Assembly: GCF_009834535.1 (NCBI RefSeq)
Contig: NC_045697.1
Coordinates: 87,546,001 to 87,610,000, forward strand
Length of the DNA stretch: 64,000 nucleotides
Source: Camelus ferus
Taxonomy: Eukaryota
Direction of reading: 5' to 3'
Below the pieces are notes generated by a model. The model worked only from the letters and a program-made list of their open reading frames with translations, did no database searches and was not told the DNA's origin. Made by a program: the position numbers and the translations under genes. This document shows, one piece after another, positions 62,988-64,000 of this stretch (within the stretch, counting starts at the first letter, position 1; every line of letters begins with the position of its first letter).

Positions 62988-63760
62988 CAGTCTGCTGGAG
63001 CCAGCTCGTGTTTGCTCTCTAGAGCCAATTAGTAAATTTTTGAAATTTTGCAAGTCGATTGTTAAACATAGTCATTATTTAAAATTAAATTATAAAGGTA
63101 TAATAAATTATATTAAAAAGGTAATGAGTACTCAAAAGTCATCAAGGAACCTACTATGTTTCCTATTATCTATGTTCTTCTGGTTATTCACATCGATTGG
63201 ATCTGACTGGTGAGAATATTATATAGAAGTGCCCTACTGTGCTTTTTCTCCCAACCCTGTAGTCAGAGAGATCATGTTAGTAGTTTGAAATCAGCCATGG
63301 TGAGAGTGTTTATACCATAAAAACCTGCAAATGCTACAAATCAGCCCTTGATCTATGGGTTTGTTTATTATTTAGACTTAAAATGATGGAAACATGTTAA
63401 TCATGCTGATTCAAATTAACAGTGTCATGTCTGTAGCACAAAAAATTGAGCAAGTATTCTCCTAGTGTATGAATCTATTATCTGGTTCAGCAAATAAGTT
63501 GCTCAAGTCACTGGCAAAAGGGTGACGTTCCCAGATGTGAGTCTTTGCCGTTTCACTTTCATCTGATGCAACAAACGAAAAAAGCATCCAGCATTCATGC
63601 TGAACCACACTTGTCTGTTGTCACCACCACAGGTTGGGTACAAGTTTGGCAAAAACTCAATGAAAGCATTCTGGGAGAATTGGCTACCTGCACTTTACAA
63701 TAATTTTATTATTATTATTTTATAAATTGTGTGCTATAATCCTTTATATAGTAAAACTTA
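62988..63760 (+). mobile_element. MER63-like hAT DNA transposon
   Basis: cagtctgctggagccagctc...gattgttaaacatagtcatta...tgaaatcagccatggtgagagtgtttatacca...gctacaaatcag. Confidence 0.75.
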
Positions 63761-64000
63761 AAATAAGCTTCTGTACATGTATATAAAATGCAAGTATGTA
63801 GAAATGTGTGTGTACATACACATGCGTACATCATTTTTAGGGTCAGTTAAGTATCCACAGATGCTTTGCATTGTCCCAGCAAGATGTCCTCCCTCTGTGT
63901 TGAGGGATGGGGACAGAAGAAATGGAGGTTTAGCAACATGAAAACAGGGAGCAGTAAACGGAGACACAGCAAAGCTTCAGAATTAATGAGAAAGTACTTT

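Noticed and set aside
62408..63022. Overlapping ORFs of 75-147 aa on both strands
   Set aside because: No recognisable homology; could hide an exon but I cannot support one
1..64000. CRISPR array, operon or other prokaryotic-type system
   Set aside because: Eukaryotic repeat-rich DNA with no repeat-spacer array and no long ORFs

Overview
This is AT-rich mammalian genomic DNA, almost certainly camelid: it carries four tRNA-Ala-derived SINEs of the Vic-1 type plus artiodactyl-type L1 3' ends. I find no credible host protein-coding exon. The interpretable ORFs are transposon relics (L1 ORF1/ORF2, L2 RT, ERVL pol and dUTPase) or microsatellite artefacts. The window looks like a long intron, 5' non-coding region or intergenic DNA dense in MIR, L2, L1/HAL1, hAT MITEs, two decayed ERVL proviruses and two ERV1-type solo LTRs. 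Most notable: (1) an ERVL nested inside another ERVL at 17-22.6 kb, where the host pol resumes exactly where it was interrupted; (2) a tailless 5'-half tRNA-Lys(CTT) retrocopy with a target-site duplication (TSD); (3) a TSD-bounded L1 with a chimeric 3' end; (4) several + strand polypyrimidine-CAG|GT motifs resembling recursive splice sites or non-coding exon ends; (5) patches of PU.1/IRF, RUNX, EBF and MEF2 motifs. I see no evidence of a novel multi-gene system. Repeat family names come from recalled consensus sequences, not a RepeatMasker run, and boundaries of old repeats are approximate.
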